64,000 nt of DNA, from positions 9,860,001 to 9,924,000 of the forward strand of contig CM075995.1 of the NCBI GenBank assembly GCA_038087875.1, written 5' to 3'. Position 1 is the stretch's first letter. Every line of letters begins with the position of its first letter. The DNA is from Malacoraja senta (lineage: Eukaryota). Below are positions 63,952-64,000 of this stretch, in pieces. The translations under genes were made by a program, and so were the position numbers. The notes beneath the pieces are model-generated. The model was not told the DNA's origin and ran no database searches. It saw only the letters and a program-made list of their open reading frames with translations.

Positions 63952-64000
63952 GGTGGTGACATTATGAAGCTGGAAAATGGGCAGTCAAAGCTTGGGTTGC
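63952..64000 (+). CDS. PUF60: PUF60-like coding exon, runs off the window
   Basis: Acceptor ctgcttccttccag; [16 protein letters not shown] matches recalled human PUF60 [26 protein letters not shown], including the exon boundary. Only 16 codons are visible; orthologue versus paralogue is not resolved. Confidence 0.78.

Noticed and set aside
63875..64000. DBF4 N-terminus or P4-ATPase GDIIKLEN similarity
   Set aside because: Short chance matches; PUF60 explains both ENGQS and KLGL and the acceptor position.

Overview
Vertebrate nuclear DNA. The repeat content (CR1, L1, Rex1-like, RTE, Penelope, Tc1) suggests a cartilaginous fish such as a skate or ray; this is inferred, not verified. Most of the window is nested transposable elements, and nearly all entries in the ORF track are TE fragments, their antisense shadows or low-complexity artefacts. 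One host gene is recognisable: the 5' end of a PUF60-like splicing factor on the + strand. It has a CpG-island promoter at ~51.6-52.4 kb, a putative first coding exon MASLASFPQ at 51833-51859 and an exon [16 protein letters not shown] from 63952 to the window end. A second CCAAT/GC-box promoter and a candidate 63-nt exon lie inside its first intron. Notable structures: (1) a near-intact full-length L1 with a 15-bp TSD; (2) an inverted duplication (~4455-10817 vs ~19200-24340) whose arms were separately invaded by TEs; (3) many Penelope pseudo-LTR fragments carrying minimal hammerhead-ribozyme motifs, two of them arranged as nested fold-backs in the PUF60 intron; (4) a GC-rich non-autonomous retroelement family with a 5' hairpin and apparently swapped LINE tails; (5) Helitron-type ends joined head-to-tail. 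There is a 200-N assembly gap at 2947-3146. TE boundaries without a TSD are approximate, and all family assignments come from recalled motifs, not database searches.
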